A DNA stretch of 64,000 nucleotides from an uncultured Gemmatimonadaceae bacterium (GTDB lineage Bacteria; Gemmatimonadota; Gemmatimonadetes; Gemmatimonadales; Gemmatimonadaceae). The notes under the pieces were generated by a model. That model saw nothing but the letters and a program-made list of their open reading frames with translations, made no database searches and was not told the DNA's origin. The translations under genes were made by a program, and so were the position numbers. This document shows, piece after piece, positions 41,076-51,754 of the stretch; position 1 is the stretch's first letter, and each line of letters starts with the position of its first letter. The stretch spans positions 2,784,001 to 2,848,000 of the forward strand of contig CAVXGK010000002.1 of NCBI GenBank assembly GCA_963761305.1, written 5' to 3'.

Positions 41076-42388
41076 GCGCTCCGGTCATGGCTGGGAATAC
41101 CATCGACGCGTACGCGACGGCGTTCGACGTCATCGACAGCGACCCGAGCACGCCGGCGGCTGTGCGCGCGCTGCGCCGCGCGGCCTTCGACCGGTTCGTC
41201 GCGCTCGGATTCCCGACGCCGAAGAACGAGGACTGGCACTACACGAGCGTCGCGCCGATCGTCGACCAGGACTTCGCCGTCCTCGCGTCGAAGACGGGCG
41301 ACGTCGGTCGCGACGACCTCGCGCCGTTCGATTTCGGCGCGAGCGACTGGCACACCATCGCGTTCGTGAACGGCCGGTTCGCGCCCGAGCTGTCGGATCT
41401 CAGGAAGCTTCCCGCCGGAGTCGAGGTCACGGACCTCGCGACGGCGTTCATCAAGTCGCCGGATCTCGCCGACCGCATCGGATCGGTCGCGAGCCACGAG
41501 ACGGACGCGTTCACCGCGCTCAACGCCGCGTTCGCCCAGGACGGCGCCGTGCTGCGGATCGCGCGCGACGTCGAGGTGGCGCGGCCGATCCATCTGCTCT
41601 TCGTGACGGACGCGGCGGCCGCTCGCGCGATGACCCATCCGCGCAACCTCGTCGTCGTCGAACGCAACGCGACGGCGACGGTGATCGAGACCTACGGATC
41701 GGCGACGGACTCGATCTACTTCACCAACGCCGTCACCGAAGTCACGCTCGGCGACGGCGCGACGCTACGCCACTACAAGATGCAGCGCGAGGCGGCACGG
41801 GCGTATCACGTCGGGTCGATCGAAGTGACGCAGGGCCGCGACAGCCACTACGTCTCGTTCTCGCTCGCCACCGGCGCCGAGTTGTCGCGCACGAACGTCT
41901 ACACGACGCTCGACGGCGAGGGCAGCGGCGCCACGCTCAACGGGCTCTACATGCTCGACGGCGAGCAGCACTGCGACCACCAGACGCAGATCATCCACGC
42001 GCAGCCGAACACGTTCAGCCGAGAGCTGTACAAGGGGATTCTCGACGGGCGATCGCACGGCGTGTTCAACGGCAAGGTGTACGTGCGGCCGATCGCGCAG
42101 AAAACCGACGGCAAGCAGACGAACAACACGCTGCTGCTGAGCGACACGGCGCACATCGATACAAAGCCCCAGCTCGAGATCTTCGCCGACGACGTGAAAT
42201 GCACCCACGGCGCGACCGTGGGACAGATCGACAAGTCGGCGCTCTTTTATCTCAAGAGCCGCGGCATCACCAACGCGCTGGCGCGGCGGCTGCTCACGTA
42301 CGCGTTCGCGGCGGACGTGATCGAGACGATCGAAGTCGATGCCGTCCGAGAAGGACTCGAACGCGCTACGCTCGAGCGGTTCGTCTGA
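41072..42388 (+). CDS. sufD: Fe-S assembly protein SufD
   Basis: GFPT.KNEDW.YT, GVFNGKV.V...[29 protein letters not shown]. Confidence 0.97.
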
Positions 42389-42401
42389 CACCGGAGCGAC
42401 A

Positions 42402-42881
42402 GTGTCCACCGAGGCGCTGTATCAGGAGCTGATCCTCGAGCACAACCGGAAGCCGCGGAACTTTCGCGAGATTCCGGACGCCGATCGCACCGTGGAGGGA
42501 CGCAATCCCCTCTGCGGCGACTCGCTCACGTTATGGGTCAAGCTCGACCACGACCGCATCGCCGACGTGAGCTTCATGGGCACCGGCTGCGCGATCTCGA
42601 AAGCCTCGGCGTCGCTCATGACCGGCGCCGTGAAGGGCAAGAGCCGCGAAGAAGCCGAAGCGATCTTCGATCGCTTTCATCGTTTGGTCACGGGAACGCT
42701 TCCCGAGAACGAGCGCGAGTCGCTCGGCTCGCTGCGCGCCCTCGGCGGCGTGGCGAAATTCCCGCTGCGGGTGAAATGCGCGAGCCTCGCTTGGCACGCG
42801 CTGCACGCCGCGCTCGAGTCCAAGGCCGACGAGGTGCCGGTCGTGTCGACCGACGCCGAAGGTCCGGGAGAAGGCGCATGA
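42402..42881 (+). CDS. sufU: SufU-type sulfur-transfer protein
   Basis: LYQELILEH...P.NF, NPLCGD, GCAIS.AS.S, RVKCA.L.W; no LPPVK motif; GTG start. Confidence 0.95.
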   Translation: MSTEALYQELILEHNRKPRNFREIPDADRTVEGRNPLCGDSLTLWVKLDHDRIADVSFMGTGCAISKASASLMTGAVKGKSREEAEAIFDRFHRLVTGTLPENERESLGSLRALGGVAKFPLRVKCASLAWHALHAALESKADEVPVVSTDAEGPGEGA

Positions 42882-44107
42882 TCGGCGGCCGGAAGGACTT
42901 CCCGCTCCTCGCGGCGAATCCCGATCTGCACTACCTCGATTCGGCGGCCACGTCGCAGAAGCCGCGTGCCGTGCTCGACGCGATGCTCGAGTATTACACG
43001 CGCGACAACGCCAACCCGCACCGGGGCGCGTACGCGCTCTCGGCGCGCGCCACCGAGCGGTATCACGACGCGCGAATTCGCGTCGCGCGGTTCATCGGCG
43101 TCAAGGACGCCGATCGCGTCATCTTCACGCGCGGCACGACGGAGTCGCTGAACCTCGTGGCGGCGGCGTGGGGACGCGCGAACGTGCGTGCCGGCGACGA
43201 GATCGTCGTCACGGGGCTCGAGCACCACGCCAACTTCGTCCCGTGGCAGCAGCTGGCCATCGAGAGGGGCGCGATGCTGCGCATCGCGCAAATCACGAGC
43301 GACGGACGCATCGACGTCGACCACTTCGCGTCGCTCGTCGGGCCGCGCACGAAGGTCGTCGCGTTCCCGCACGTCTCGAACGCGCTGGGCACGATCAACG
43401 ACGTCGCGCAGTTGAGCGCGATCGCGCGGAAAGTCGGCGCGGTCGTCGTGTGTGACGGCGCGCAAGCCGCGCCGCACTTCCGGCTCTCGATCGATCAGCT
43501 CGACGTGGACTTCTACGCGTTCAGCGGCCACAAGATGCTCGGGCCTATGGGATGTGGGGTCTTGGTCGGGCGACGAGAGCTACTCGAGGCGATGCCGCCG
43601 TATCAAACCGGCGGCGACATGATCGAGTACGTGGGCGACGAGCGGACGACGTGGAACGTGCTGCCGCACAAGTTCGAGGCGGGAACGCCGAACGTCGGCG
43701 ACGCGGTGGGGCTCGCGGCGGCATGCGACTATCTCGCCGCGATCGGCATGGACGAAATTCGGAAGCACGAGCGCGCCCTGACGGCGCTCGCGTCGTCGAA
43801 GCTCAGCAACGTGCCCGACGTTCGAATCTTCGGACCGTCGCCCGAGCAGCGGAGCGGCGTTGTGAGCTTTGCCGTCGGCGGGATCCATCCCCACGACCTG
43901 GCGACAATTCTGGACGAGGATGGAGTCTGCATTCGCGCGGGGCACCACTGCGCCCAACCGCTCATGCGCCGGCTCGAAGTCCCGGCGACGGCGCGCGCGT
44001 CGTTCTACCTCTACAACGACGAGGCGGACGTCGACGCGCTCGTGGCCGGCGTCCAGCGAGCTCGCGAGGTGTTCGGCGTGGTCGACGCGAGCGCCGCGCC
44101 TATTTGA
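42878..44107 (+). CDS. sufS: Class II cysteine desulfurase SufS
   Basis: YLDSAATSQKP, EHHAN.VPW, SGHKMLGP, FEAGTPN, HPHD, RAGHHCAQP. Confidence 0.97.
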   Translation: MIGGRKDFPLLAANPDLHYLDSAATSQKPRAVLDAMLEYYTRDNANPHRGAYALSARATERYHDARIRVARFIGVKDADRVIFTRGTTESLNLVAAAWGRANVRAGDEIVVTGLEHHANFVPWQQLAIERGAMLRIAQITSDGRIDVDHFASLVGPRTKVVAFPHVSNALGTINDVAQLSAIARKVGAVVVCDGAQAAPHFRLSIDQLDVDFYAFSGHKMLGPMGCGVLVGRRELLEAMPPYQTGGDMIEYVGDERTTWNVLPHKFEAGTPNVGDAVGLAAACDYLAAIGMDEIRKHERALTALASSKLSNVPDVRIFGPSPEQRSGVVSFAVGGIHPHDLATILDEDGVCIRAGHHCAQPLMRRLEVPATARASFYLYNDEADVDALVAGVQRAREVFGVVDASAAPI

Positions 44108-44882
44108 TCGTGAGGTCCCACGTCAGTCGCACGTTGACCGGCACGGTCGTGCGTGACGTTCCGTTCGAGAACACCTCCATGCTCGTCGTGTCGACCCATT
44201 GCAGCACGTTGTTCACACGGCTCGATCCCTTGGGGATGGTTCCGGTCACGTATGCCCGGTACCCGTCCGCGCCGTTGGTGTAGGAGCTGAAATAGCTGCT
44301 GTAAGGCACGAGCGAGTAGTGCGCGACCGGCATCGTCGATCGCACGTTGTGTCCGTCGCCGCTGCAGTTGGTGTTGATGACCTCGGTGTCGCTGGTCGGC
44401 GTGCCCGTGACACTGCTGGAGATGGAGATCTGGTAGGTGCCGTTCGGAAACACTTCCAGGGAGACGCTGCCCGGCTGGCCCCCGGCTGCGGCGCTCGAGA
44501 AGGACCAAGTCGTCGAGTCCACCTCGGCGCAGGCCATGAAATTCTTGGTGCCGGGTATCTGAACGCTGCTCGGCTTCGTGAATTCCTCGTACCAGCTCGC
44601 CGTTCCGCCGTACTGGGCGTCGCTCCACTCGAAGAACGCGCCGCCCTTGCCTGTCACGTCGGGCAGGTCGAACGCGAGGTCCGATTGGGCCAGCTCGCGC
44701 TTGGTGTAGGTGGTGCCGACGAGTGTTTGCGTGGCCGACGCGTCGATCGAGACCGCGAGGGAGATCCGGCCGCTCGCGTGATTGCCGTCGCTCGTCGTGC
44801 CGCCCAGTAAGGTCGAGTCGGCGGAACAGCCGCCGAGCAGAAATCCGCCGAGCAGCAAGCCTACGAATCCGTTGTGTCGCAT
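44100..44882 (-). CDS. Hypothetical Ser/Thr-rich lipoprotein
   Basis: ATG at 44882; LLGGC lipobox; beta-strand-rich mature part. Confidence 0.65.
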   Translation of the reverse strand: MRHNGFVGLLLGGFLLGGCSADSTLLGGTTSDGNHASGRISLAVSIDASATQTLVGTTYTKRELAQSDLAFDLPDVTGKGGAFFEWSDAQYGGTASWYEEFTKPSSVQIPGTKNFMACAEVDSTTWSFSSAAAGGQPGSVSLEVFPNGTYQISISSSVTGTPTSDTEVINTNCSGDGHNVRSTMPVAHYSLVPYSSYFSSYTNGADGYRAYVTGTIPKGSSRVNNVLQWVDTTSMEVFSNGTSRTTVPVNVRLTWDLTIK

Positions 44883-45158
44883 GAGAACCTGACCGAAGAG
44901 GGCTCCTGGGCTGCCGACGATCGATCGGCGTGCGCAACGCCGCGACCGTCGAGCGCTAACATCGGCGGGAATTTCGGCGCCGGGCCTCATGCGAGAATCA
45001 CGCGCGTTTCATCTGGGCGTCATCGAGGGCCAACCGGCTGCGACTACGAATGTTTCGGCCGGTGGTGAACCCTGGGTGGGGGGAACCGCGTGGTTTAGCT
45101 ATCAGGACAGCCGGTCCCGCCCCCACCCCACCCAACCCCACCCACCCACGGACCAGTC

Positions 45159-45824
45159 ATGCGAACACATTGCTTGGGAGTTGCGGCCCTCGTCCTTGGT
45201 CTGACCCACATCGCCCGGGGGCAGACGTGCCTCGGGACGGCTTCGTACGCGTCTGGAATCGTCAGAGTTGACGGCGGCATCCAATTCAGCGCGGGACAAG
45301 ACGCGTACGGAGGCGGACTCGCCGTGGGCGCACCGAGCGGCCTGTTCGCCAGCGGCGACATTTCACGGGCCAGTTTCGACGCCGTCGATGGAAACGCGAC
45401 CGGACTCACGACTCAGGCCGGCTACGCGCTCAATCTCGTCGCCGGAGGGGCCCTCCAAGTCTGCCCGACCGTCGGCTTTGCCTATCAGTCAGGACCCGAC
45501 TACCGCAACGTCCTGGGTTCGTTCTCTTCGTCTTCCCACGCGTTCGTGTTCGGCGCGTCGTTGGGATCAGCCTTCACCACGTCCTCGGCCTTCACGCTCG
45601 CTCCATTCACCGCGGTCACGCGCGAGGCGAGACACATTTCTCAGAGCAGTCCGGGCGCGGACCTGTCGGCCTCGCAGAACTACTACAACGTTGCGTTTGG
45701 CGTCGGATTGGTCATCGATCGGACGATCACCTTGCAACCGGCGATTTCCCTTCCCGCCGGACTGAGTGGCCCCAGACCGATCTATTCGTTCGCGTTTTCG
45801 GTCAACTTCGGGCCGAAGAAGTAG
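45159..45824 (+). CDS. Outer-membrane beta-barrel-like protein
   Basis: Signal peptide, amphipathic strands, C-terminal YSFAFSVNF. Confidence 0.7.
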   Translation: MRTHCLGVAALVLGLTHIARGQTCLGTASYASGIVRVDGGIQFSAGQDAYGGGLAVGAPSGLFASGDISRASFDAVDGNATGLTTQAGYALNLVAGGALQVCPTVGFAYQSGPDYRNVLGSFSSSSHAFVFGASLGSAFTTSSAFTLAPFTAVTREARHISQSSPGADLSASQNYYNVAFGVGLVIDRTITLQPAISLPAGLSGPRPIYSFAFSVNFGPKK

Positions 45825-45859
45825 CGCTCACCCGCCGCGGCCATCTATTGTATGGTCGT

Positions 45860-47302
45860 ATGCGCCGTACGATGCCGCCGCGGCCGGTTGGTTTCGCGCT
45901 TCTCCTCGCCCTTGTCGGCGCCGCGGCTCTCGCAACGTGCACCCACGCGCCGGGTGTGGCTGATTCGAGCCGAATCGAGTCGGAGTTCGAGCTTCCGCCG
46001 CCGGCTCCGCCGGAGACGTCGCGCTTCAGTGTGCCGCTCGACTACGATTTCAGCGCGATCCTGCGCGTCGTCGAGCACGCGGTGCCGAAGACGTTCGGGT
46101 CAATGGACAGCGTTCGCCAAGCGGGCGACGACACGCATCGGCACTACGCGTTCGAGGCCACGCGCGGACCCTTCACCGCGTTCGCCGACGGCCGCCTCGT
46201 GCACCTGCAGGCCACGCTCGAGTACTCGGTGCGCGGCTGGTTCAAGCCTTTTATCGGCCCCACGATCAGCGCCGGGTGCGGGAAGGACGCGAACATCCGC
46301 CCGCGCCTCATCATCGAGATGGCGACGCCGCTCAATCTCACCGACAACTGGCATCTCGCCTCGCACGCGCAGATCGTGCGCGTGGAGCCGGCGTCGACGC
46401 TGCCGCAGGACCACTGCGACGTCAGCCTTCTGCACAAAGACATCACGCCGCAGGTCGTCGAGGCGGCGCGGCTCGGCATCATCGAGCACCTGCCCGACAT
46501 CGACAAGAAAGTCGCCGAGGTGGATCTCAAGAAGCGGTTCATCGAGTGGTGGGGGCTGCTGACGCAACCGATTCGGTTGACGGACGGCGTGTGGCTCCTG
46601 CTCGGCCCCGACAAGCTTGCGATGGGCAAAGTGCGCGGAGCGGGTCACACGCTGCGCGTGCCGGTGACGCTCGCCGCGTCGCCGAGGATTCTCACATCGG
46701 TGGGCACGCCGCGCGTCGACACGACCGCGCTGCCGCCGCTGGGCCGCGACACGACGGCGAACGGTTTTCGCATCGCGATGGATGGCATCGTCGGCTACGA
46801 CGCGGCGACCAAGGCCGTGGCCGCCGCGCTTCAAGGGCGCAAGCTGACCGAGAGCGGCCGCACGGTGCAGATCGACACGACGATCGTGACACCGGCGTCG
46901 CGCGGCCGGCTGATGCTCACCGTCGCGTTCAGCGGCGACGCGCACGGACGCCTCCACTTCCTCGGCACACCGGTTTACAACGCGAAAAAGCGCGAAGTGC
47001 TCGTTCCGGATCTCGACTACGACCTCCAGACTGACGACAAGCTCATCAACACCTACGCGTGGCTCAAGGCGGACGATCTTCGTTTGACGTTCCGGCAGCG
47101 CGCGCGGTTTTCAGTCGGCGACGCGATCGATCGCGGCAAGAGCCTGCTCTTGATGGGCCTCAACCGCACGATCGGCGACGCGTTGACGCTCGGCGCGACG
47201 GTGGATTCAGTCGCCGTGCGCGGCCTCTTCGTGACGAAGACCGGGTTGATCGTGCGCGCCGAAGCGACGGGGCAGGCCCACGTCGCCGTTCACCAGCGCT
47301 GA
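45860..47302 (+). CDS. DUF4403-like protein
   Basis: N-terminal signal/lipoprotein-like segment; W..L..PI.L..GVWL...P and G.L...GTP.Y.......PDLDYDL.T motifs. Confidence 0.75.
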   Translation: MRRTMPPRPVGFALLLALVGAAALATCTHAPGVADSSRIESEFELPPPAPPETSRFSVPLDYDFSAILRVVEHAVPKTFGSMDSVRQAGDDTHRHYAFEATRGPFTAFADGRLVHLQATLEYSVRGWFKPFIGPTISAGCGKDANIRPRLIIEMATPLNLTDNWHLASHAQIVRVEPASTLPQDHCDVSLLHKDITPQVVEAARLGIIEHLPDIDKKVAEVDLKKRFIEWWGLLTQPIRLTDGVWLLLGPDKLAMGKVRGAGHTLRVPVTLAASPRILTSVGTPRVDTTALPPLGRDTTANGFRIAMDGIVGYDAATKAVAAALQGRKLTESGRTVQIDTTIVTPASRGRLMLTVAFSGDAHGRLHFLGTPVYNAKKREVLVPDLDYDLQTDDKLINTYAWLKADDLRLTFRQRARFSVGDAIDRGKSLLLMGLNRTIGDALTLGATVDSVAVRGLFVTKTGLIVRAEATGQAHVAVHQR

Positions 47303-47313
47303 TCGGGCTAATC

Positions 47314-47565
47314 AAGAAAACCTCACCGCAGAGACGCGGAGACGCAGAGAACGGCCGCAGAGGACGACCCAGCATCATCGCACAACGAGCCGAGATGTTT
47401 TTGTGATAGCCGCTCGGGACGCTTCGATTCGCCGCGAAAGCATCCACGACCACGAGGCTTCCCGAGCGGCTGTTCCAAAGAATCCCGGCCCGTTGAGCGA
47501 CGAGACTCGATTGTCCCTCTGCGGCCGTTCTCTGCGTCTCTGCGACTCCGCGGTGAGCTTTTCTT
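47314..47565. repeat. About 250-bp palindromic element with about 52-bp terminal inverted repeats and nested inner stems
   Basis: Left arm 47314-47365 matches the reverse complement of 47513-47565 with 4 substitutions and 1 indel; inner perfect IR AGCCGCTCGGGA 47408-47419 / TCCCGAGCGGCT 47460-47471. Confidence 0.9.
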
Positions 47566-47583
47566 GTTGTTGTTATCTGAGAC

Positions 47584-48984
47584 CTACCGGGCGATTCGTT
47601 TGAGGAAATCGTACGTGAAATCGAGCCCGTCGTCGAACGCCGTGACGAGGATGCGTTCGTCCTTACCGTGCGCGCGGACGTCGTTCGTGGCGATGAACAG
47701 ACCACTGAATCCGTAGACTGGCACACCGGCGTTTCGCAGAAAGAGCCCGTCCGTCGCGCCGGTCTCCATGATCGGCACGACCGGCACGTTTCCCCACACC
47801 GCCTTCACGGACGCCTCGACCGCCGAGAAGACGTCGGGCCTGAGCGGCGACGCGGGACTCGGGACGGCCGTGTCGATCGGCGCAAGGTGCACACTCGTGT
47901 CGGCGATGGCGCGGACCAGCGCGTGCTCGACGGCGGATGGATCGTCGCCGGGGAGCATGCGACAGTTCACGGTCGCGGTGGCGGATTGCGGGAGCGCGTT
48001 GGGCGCGTGTCCACCGTTCAGCATCGTAGCGACGCACGTGGTTCGCAGCAGCGCATTGTAGAGCGGCGTGGCGCTGAGTCGCGCGATCGCGGCCGGCGTC
48101 GCGGTGCCGGCGGCGACGGCGCGCATGTCGGCGCCGACCTGCGGCGCGACGGTCGACGCGGCCTGCGCGAAGTACTTCTTCACGACGTCGTTGGGCTTGG
48201 CGGGGAACTCGTAGGCCGAGACGTGATCGAGCGCGCGCGCCAGCGCGTAGATGGCGTTGTCCTTGCGCGGCAACGAGCTGTGGCCGCCCGGATTCTTCGC
48301 CGTGAGCGACACCGAGTGGTAGACCTTCTCCGCGGCCTGGACGTCGAACAGCGTGTGCTTGCCGTTCTCCAGCTCGCCGCCGCCCGCGTCGACATTGATC
48401 ACGTACTCGGCGTCGATGAGCGATTTTTTATTCGCGATCAACCATTGCACGCCGTTGTACGGCATGCCGCCCTCTTCGCCGGCCGTTAGCGCGAGGATGA
48501 GGTCGCGGTCGGGAACGAACTTCTCCTGCTTGAGCCGCAGGAGCGCCGAGACGAGCATCGCGGCGCCGCCCTTCTGGTCCTGCGTGCCGCGTCCATAGAA
48601 ATAGCCGTCGCGCTCGGTGAGCACGAACGGATCGATCGTCCAGTCCTCGCGCTTCGCTTCGACGACGTCGAGATGGGCGATGAGAAGGACGGGTTTGTGC
48701 GCGCCGCTGCCGCGGTAGCGCACGACGAGGTTGCGGTTCTTCACCGTCGGCCCGATCACCTGATCGTCTTCCGGCGCGAAGCCGGCGTCCTTGAAGCGCA
48801 CCTGGAGCTGTTCGGCCGCCGTCGTCGTGTTGCCGGCCGACGCGGTGGTGTTTGTCTCGATCAGCTCGCGCAGGATTGCGTGGCCGAGCTGATGGAAGTT
48901 GGACGACGGCGGCTGCTGCGCGACGACCGGCGTCGCCGCGAAGGCAACCGCGACCGCGAGGGACGCAAACCGTGTCGATGTCAT
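47584..48984 (-). CDS. Secreted M20/M25/M40 metallopeptidase
   Basis: AHLDVV, YGRGTQDQKG, AGEEGG, GGHSS, GATDG, AHGKDER; coupled to the upstream paralog. Confidence 0.92.
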   Translation of the reverse strand: MTSTRFASLAVAVAFAATPVVAQQPPSSNFHQLGHAILRELIETNTTASAGNTTTAAEQLQVRFKDAGFAPEDDQVIGPTVKNRNLVVRYRGSGAHKPVLLIAHLDVVEAKREDWTIDPFVLTERDGYFYGRGTQDQKGGAAMLVSALLRLKQEKFVPDRDLILALTAGEEGGMPYNGVQWLIANKKSLIDAEYVINVDAGGGELENGKHTLFDVQAAEKVYHSVSLTAKNPGGHSSLPRKDNAIYALARALDHVSAYEFPAKPNDVVKKYFAQAASTVAPQVGADMRAVAAGTATPAAIARLSATPLYNALLRTTCVATMLNGGHAPNALPQSATATVNCRMLPGDDPSAVEHALVRAIADTSVHLAPIDTAVPSPASPLRPDVFSAVEASVKAVWGNVPVVPIMETGATDGLFLRNAGVPVYGFSGLFIATNDVRAHGKDERILVTAFDDGLDFTYDFLKRIAR

Positions 48985-50243
48985 TGATGAACTCCGGCGA
49001 GTGCCGCGACGAGCAAGGCCGCCCATTGCGGACCGAGATACGCGTTCGGCGTATCCTCATACGATTCGCCGAGCGAGTGCGCACCTTCTTCGTTGCCTCC
49101 GCCTTCGATGCGAATGGCGGGAATGCCGAGCGAGATCGGAATGTTCGCGTCGGTACTGGATGCCGTCGTCGACGAGGTGAAGCCCAGCGCTTTGGCGGCC
49201 GCCAGCGCGGTTTGCACCATTGGCGCGGCGTCGGACTGACCGCCGGTCGGGCGAATGCCGATCGTGTCGACGACGAGCGAGAGCTTCGCCGCCGCGGCGC
49301 GCGGCCCGGTCCATCGCGCGTTCTCGGCGACGAGCGCGTCGTGGAAGATGCGCTGCATCTTCGCGCCGACCGTTGCCAGCGACGCAGCGTCTTCGGATCG
49401 CATGTCGACTTCCATCGAGGCCTCGCCGGCGATCGAGTTTACTGATGTGCCGCCCTGAATCACGCCGACGTTGAATGTCGTCTTGGGGGTCAACGGCACC
49501 TGAATGTCCGAGATCGCGGAAATCGCGCGGCCGAGCGCATGGATGGGATTGGGAATTCCGAATGCGCCGTAGCTGTGGCCGCCCGGTCCCTTGTACGTGA
49601 CGCGGTAGCGATAGCTGCCGACGGCGCGGCTCGCGATGCCGAGTCCCGCGTCGTCGACCGAGATGAAGTAGTCGACTTTTCCCTTCAGCTCTTTGCCGAA
49701 CAGATTCCGCATGCCGCGAAGATTGCCCGGGCCTTCCTCGCCGACGTCGCCGACGAAGTAGACGGTGCCGTTGGTCTGCACACCGGCTTTCTCGAATGCG
49801 CGCACGACGGCGAGGACGACGGCGAGCCCGCGATCGTCATCACCGATTCCCGGCGCACGGAGCTTGGTGCCGTCGTGTTTGACGGTGACGTCGGTGCCTT
49901 CGGGGAAGACTGTATCGAGGTGTCCGGCGATGACGACGGTCGGCCCGCTGCCGGCACCGCGTCGCTCGGCGATGACGTTGCCGGCGGTGTCAGTGCGAAC
50001 GTTGGTGAGGCCGAGGGCTTCGAGGCGTTTTCTGAACTCGGCGCCGCGTGCGGATTCTTTGAACGGCGGCGCCGGGATCGCGGTCAGCTCGACTTGTTGC
50101 TGGACGGTCCAGGCGTTGTCGGATTTGAGGATGTCGAGAGCGGCGCGGATCTTGGCGTTCGACGACGGGATGGGGAGTTGGGCGAGAGCGGTCGTCGATG
50201 TGAAGAGGAGCGCGGCGAGGGAGAGTCGGGCTGGGATTGGCAT
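48981..50243 (-). CDS. Secreted M20-family metallopeptidase
   Basis: GHLDTVF, APGIGDD, GEEG.G.LRG, GPGGHS, STDAN, AHS..E. Confidence 0.92.
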   Translation of the reverse strand: MPIPARLSLAALLFTSTTALAQLPIPSSNAKIRAALDILKSDNAWTVQQQVELTAIPAPPFKESARGAEFRKRLEALGLTNVRTDTAGNVIAERRGAGSGPTVVIAGHLDTVFPEGTDVTVKHDGTKLRAPGIGDDDRGLAVVLAVVRAFEKAGVQTNGTVYFVGDVGEEGPGNLRGMRNLFGKELKGKVDYFISVDDAGLGIASRAVGSYRYRVTYKGPGGHSYGAFGIPNPIHALGRAISAISDIQVPLTPKTTFNVGVIQGGTSVNSIAGEASMEVDMRSEDAASLATVGAKMQRIFHDALVAENARWTGPRAAAAKLSLVVDTIGIRPTGGQSDAAPMVQTALAAAKALGFTSSTTASSTDANIPISLGIPAIRIEGGGNEEGAHSLGESYEDTPNAYLGPQWAALLVAALAGVHQ

Positions 50244-50336
50244 GCGACGAACGTATCGTCGTGGGCGGCGCTGGTGAAGAGCACTGGTTGGTCTGGCGAT
50301 GCGCGGGATGCTGCCTCGCCGGTTGGAGCGAGCGAA

Positions 50337-50356
50337 GGGCCGGCCCGCGCCGGCCC
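50337..50356. terminator. GC-rich hairpin downstream of the kinase/lipoprotein pair
   Basis: GGGCCGGC-CCGC-GCCGGCCC, extendable outward; no clear U-tract. Confidence 0.4.
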
Positions 50357-50372
50357 CTCGTCGTTCAGGATT

Positions 50373-51650
50373 CTATTTGCTGTCCCCAGCGCGACAGCAA
50401 CCCATGTCGCACTCCGCCCATAGATCTTCGTCATCATCTTTCCAGCGCCAACGCATGGTCGCCGGAATCTTCGCGTTAATACCATAGACCAGTTGATAGA
50501 ACTTGCTGTGGTCGGTACGGTGGGTATGGATATCTGGCTTCACCTCACCGCGAGCGTTCTTGACTTGCGTGTACCACGTCGTGTCGGGGTTTCCGTTGGC
50601 GTCCTTCGACTTTTCCGCGCGCATGGACACGACGTTGATTCCTCGACTAAACCCGAAGACCTGGACGTACTTCGAGCCCACGTCAGGGTCCTGAGGGAAG
50701 TACACAACGCCAACTGTTTTGTAGGTCTCCTGTCCCGCGGGCACCATGAAGTCTTGAATGTGCAGCAGGGCGAGATTCCGATCGGGAATCGCCGAAGCGC
50801 GGAACTGACGGTGAATCCTGTGGTTGGGCTGGCCGTCGGGAACTCCCAGGACTTGATCGTCGAACCAGCCCTTTACCCTCCCTTGGACGGCACTGACCAA
50901 ACCAGGAACGGTGTCGTGCGCACTCTTGGGAATCTCGGTAAAGCCGCGTGGCCCGATGGCGCACCAGCGATTGGCGCACTTCACGCCGATTAGCGTGTGT
51001 CCCTTGGGTCCTTCGATGAAGCGCGCTGTAGGAGGATAGTCATCACTGTTGTTTGAAGCCGGTTGGTCGACCGCCACATCGAGCGGCGGACCGCCCGGGA
51101 CCGGCGTCACCGTGCCGGGGCATTGAAGGTCGGCGGATGGGGGTAGGATTGCGGCTTCGAAACGCCCCGACGAGCCAACGTGGTGAAGATAGACACAATT
51201 GAGTTGGTTGATGAGGCCCATGCGTTGATACGGGGGCGGTGGAGGAGCCGACTCTTGTTCAATCTCCACGATGGCCACCTGAACGAACTGCGCATCGAAC
51301 TGCGTTGGGCTGGTCAGAGCTCCAAGTCTTGGAGCGGCAAGTACGTGCGCGATGGGGCCATATTCTCGTTCGGGTGTGCCATCGGGTTTGAGCTTGCCGT
51401 CGTGCCAACGTTGATCGTCATCGAATTCTGGAATACACCAATTGCTGTAGCCGTTTGCTCTCGCAAACTGGACGGCGGTTGCGTCCAACCCTCTGTCACG
51501 CGCCAGCGCCGTATCACCGGCGTTGCACAGCGCATCCTGCGGCAGAAGAACAACGGTCTGGTTTGGCTGATTACCACCACAGGAGAACGTCATTCCGCCA
51601 ATTGCAACCGCGGCAGCAACTCGGATGTACCTGTTCAGGGTGGGTCTCAC
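50373..51650 (-). CDS. Hypothetical Cys-containing lipoprotein
   Basis: AGGAG RBS 5 nt before GTG 51650; TFSC lipobox; C-terminal RWRW...DE..W..C..GCC; more A/T-ending codons than neighbours. Confidence 0.78.
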   Translation of the reverse strand: MRPTLNRYIRVAAAVAIGGMTFSCGGNQPNQTVVLLPQDALCNAGDTALARDRGLDATAVQFARANGYSNWCIPEFDDDQRWHDGKLKPDGTPEREYGPIAHVLAAPRLGALTSPTQFDAQFVQVAIVEIEQESAPPPPPYQRMGLINQLNCVYLHHVGSSGRFEAAILPPSADLQCPGTVTPVPGGPPLDVAVDQPASNNSDDYPPTARFIEGPKGHTLIGVKCANRWCAIGPRGFTEIPKSAHDTVPGLVSAVQGRVKGWFDDQVLGVPDGQPNHRIHRQFRASAIPDRNLALLHIQDFMVPAGQETYKTVGVVYFPQDPDVGSKYVQVFGFSRGINVVSMRAEKSKDANGNPDTTWYTQVKNARGEVKPDIHTHRTDHSKFYQLVYGINAKIPATMRWRWKDDDEDLWAECDMGCCRAGDSK

Positions 51651-51754
51651 GGTCACTCCTTGGGGTGGTGGGCTCACATGTGCTTCCGGATTGCCATCAG
51701 TCGAGGCACGGCGATGGTGACTTGGGGGGTTCGCGTCAGGAGCGCGTGCAGCCG

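Noticed and set aside
50380..50420. Shadow ORF peptide CPQRDSNP, typical of the antisense translation of a tRNA 3' end
   Set aside because: The DNA is GACAGCAACCC, not GATTCGAACCC, so there is no T-loop and no cloverleaf. It lies inside the lipoprotein CDS.
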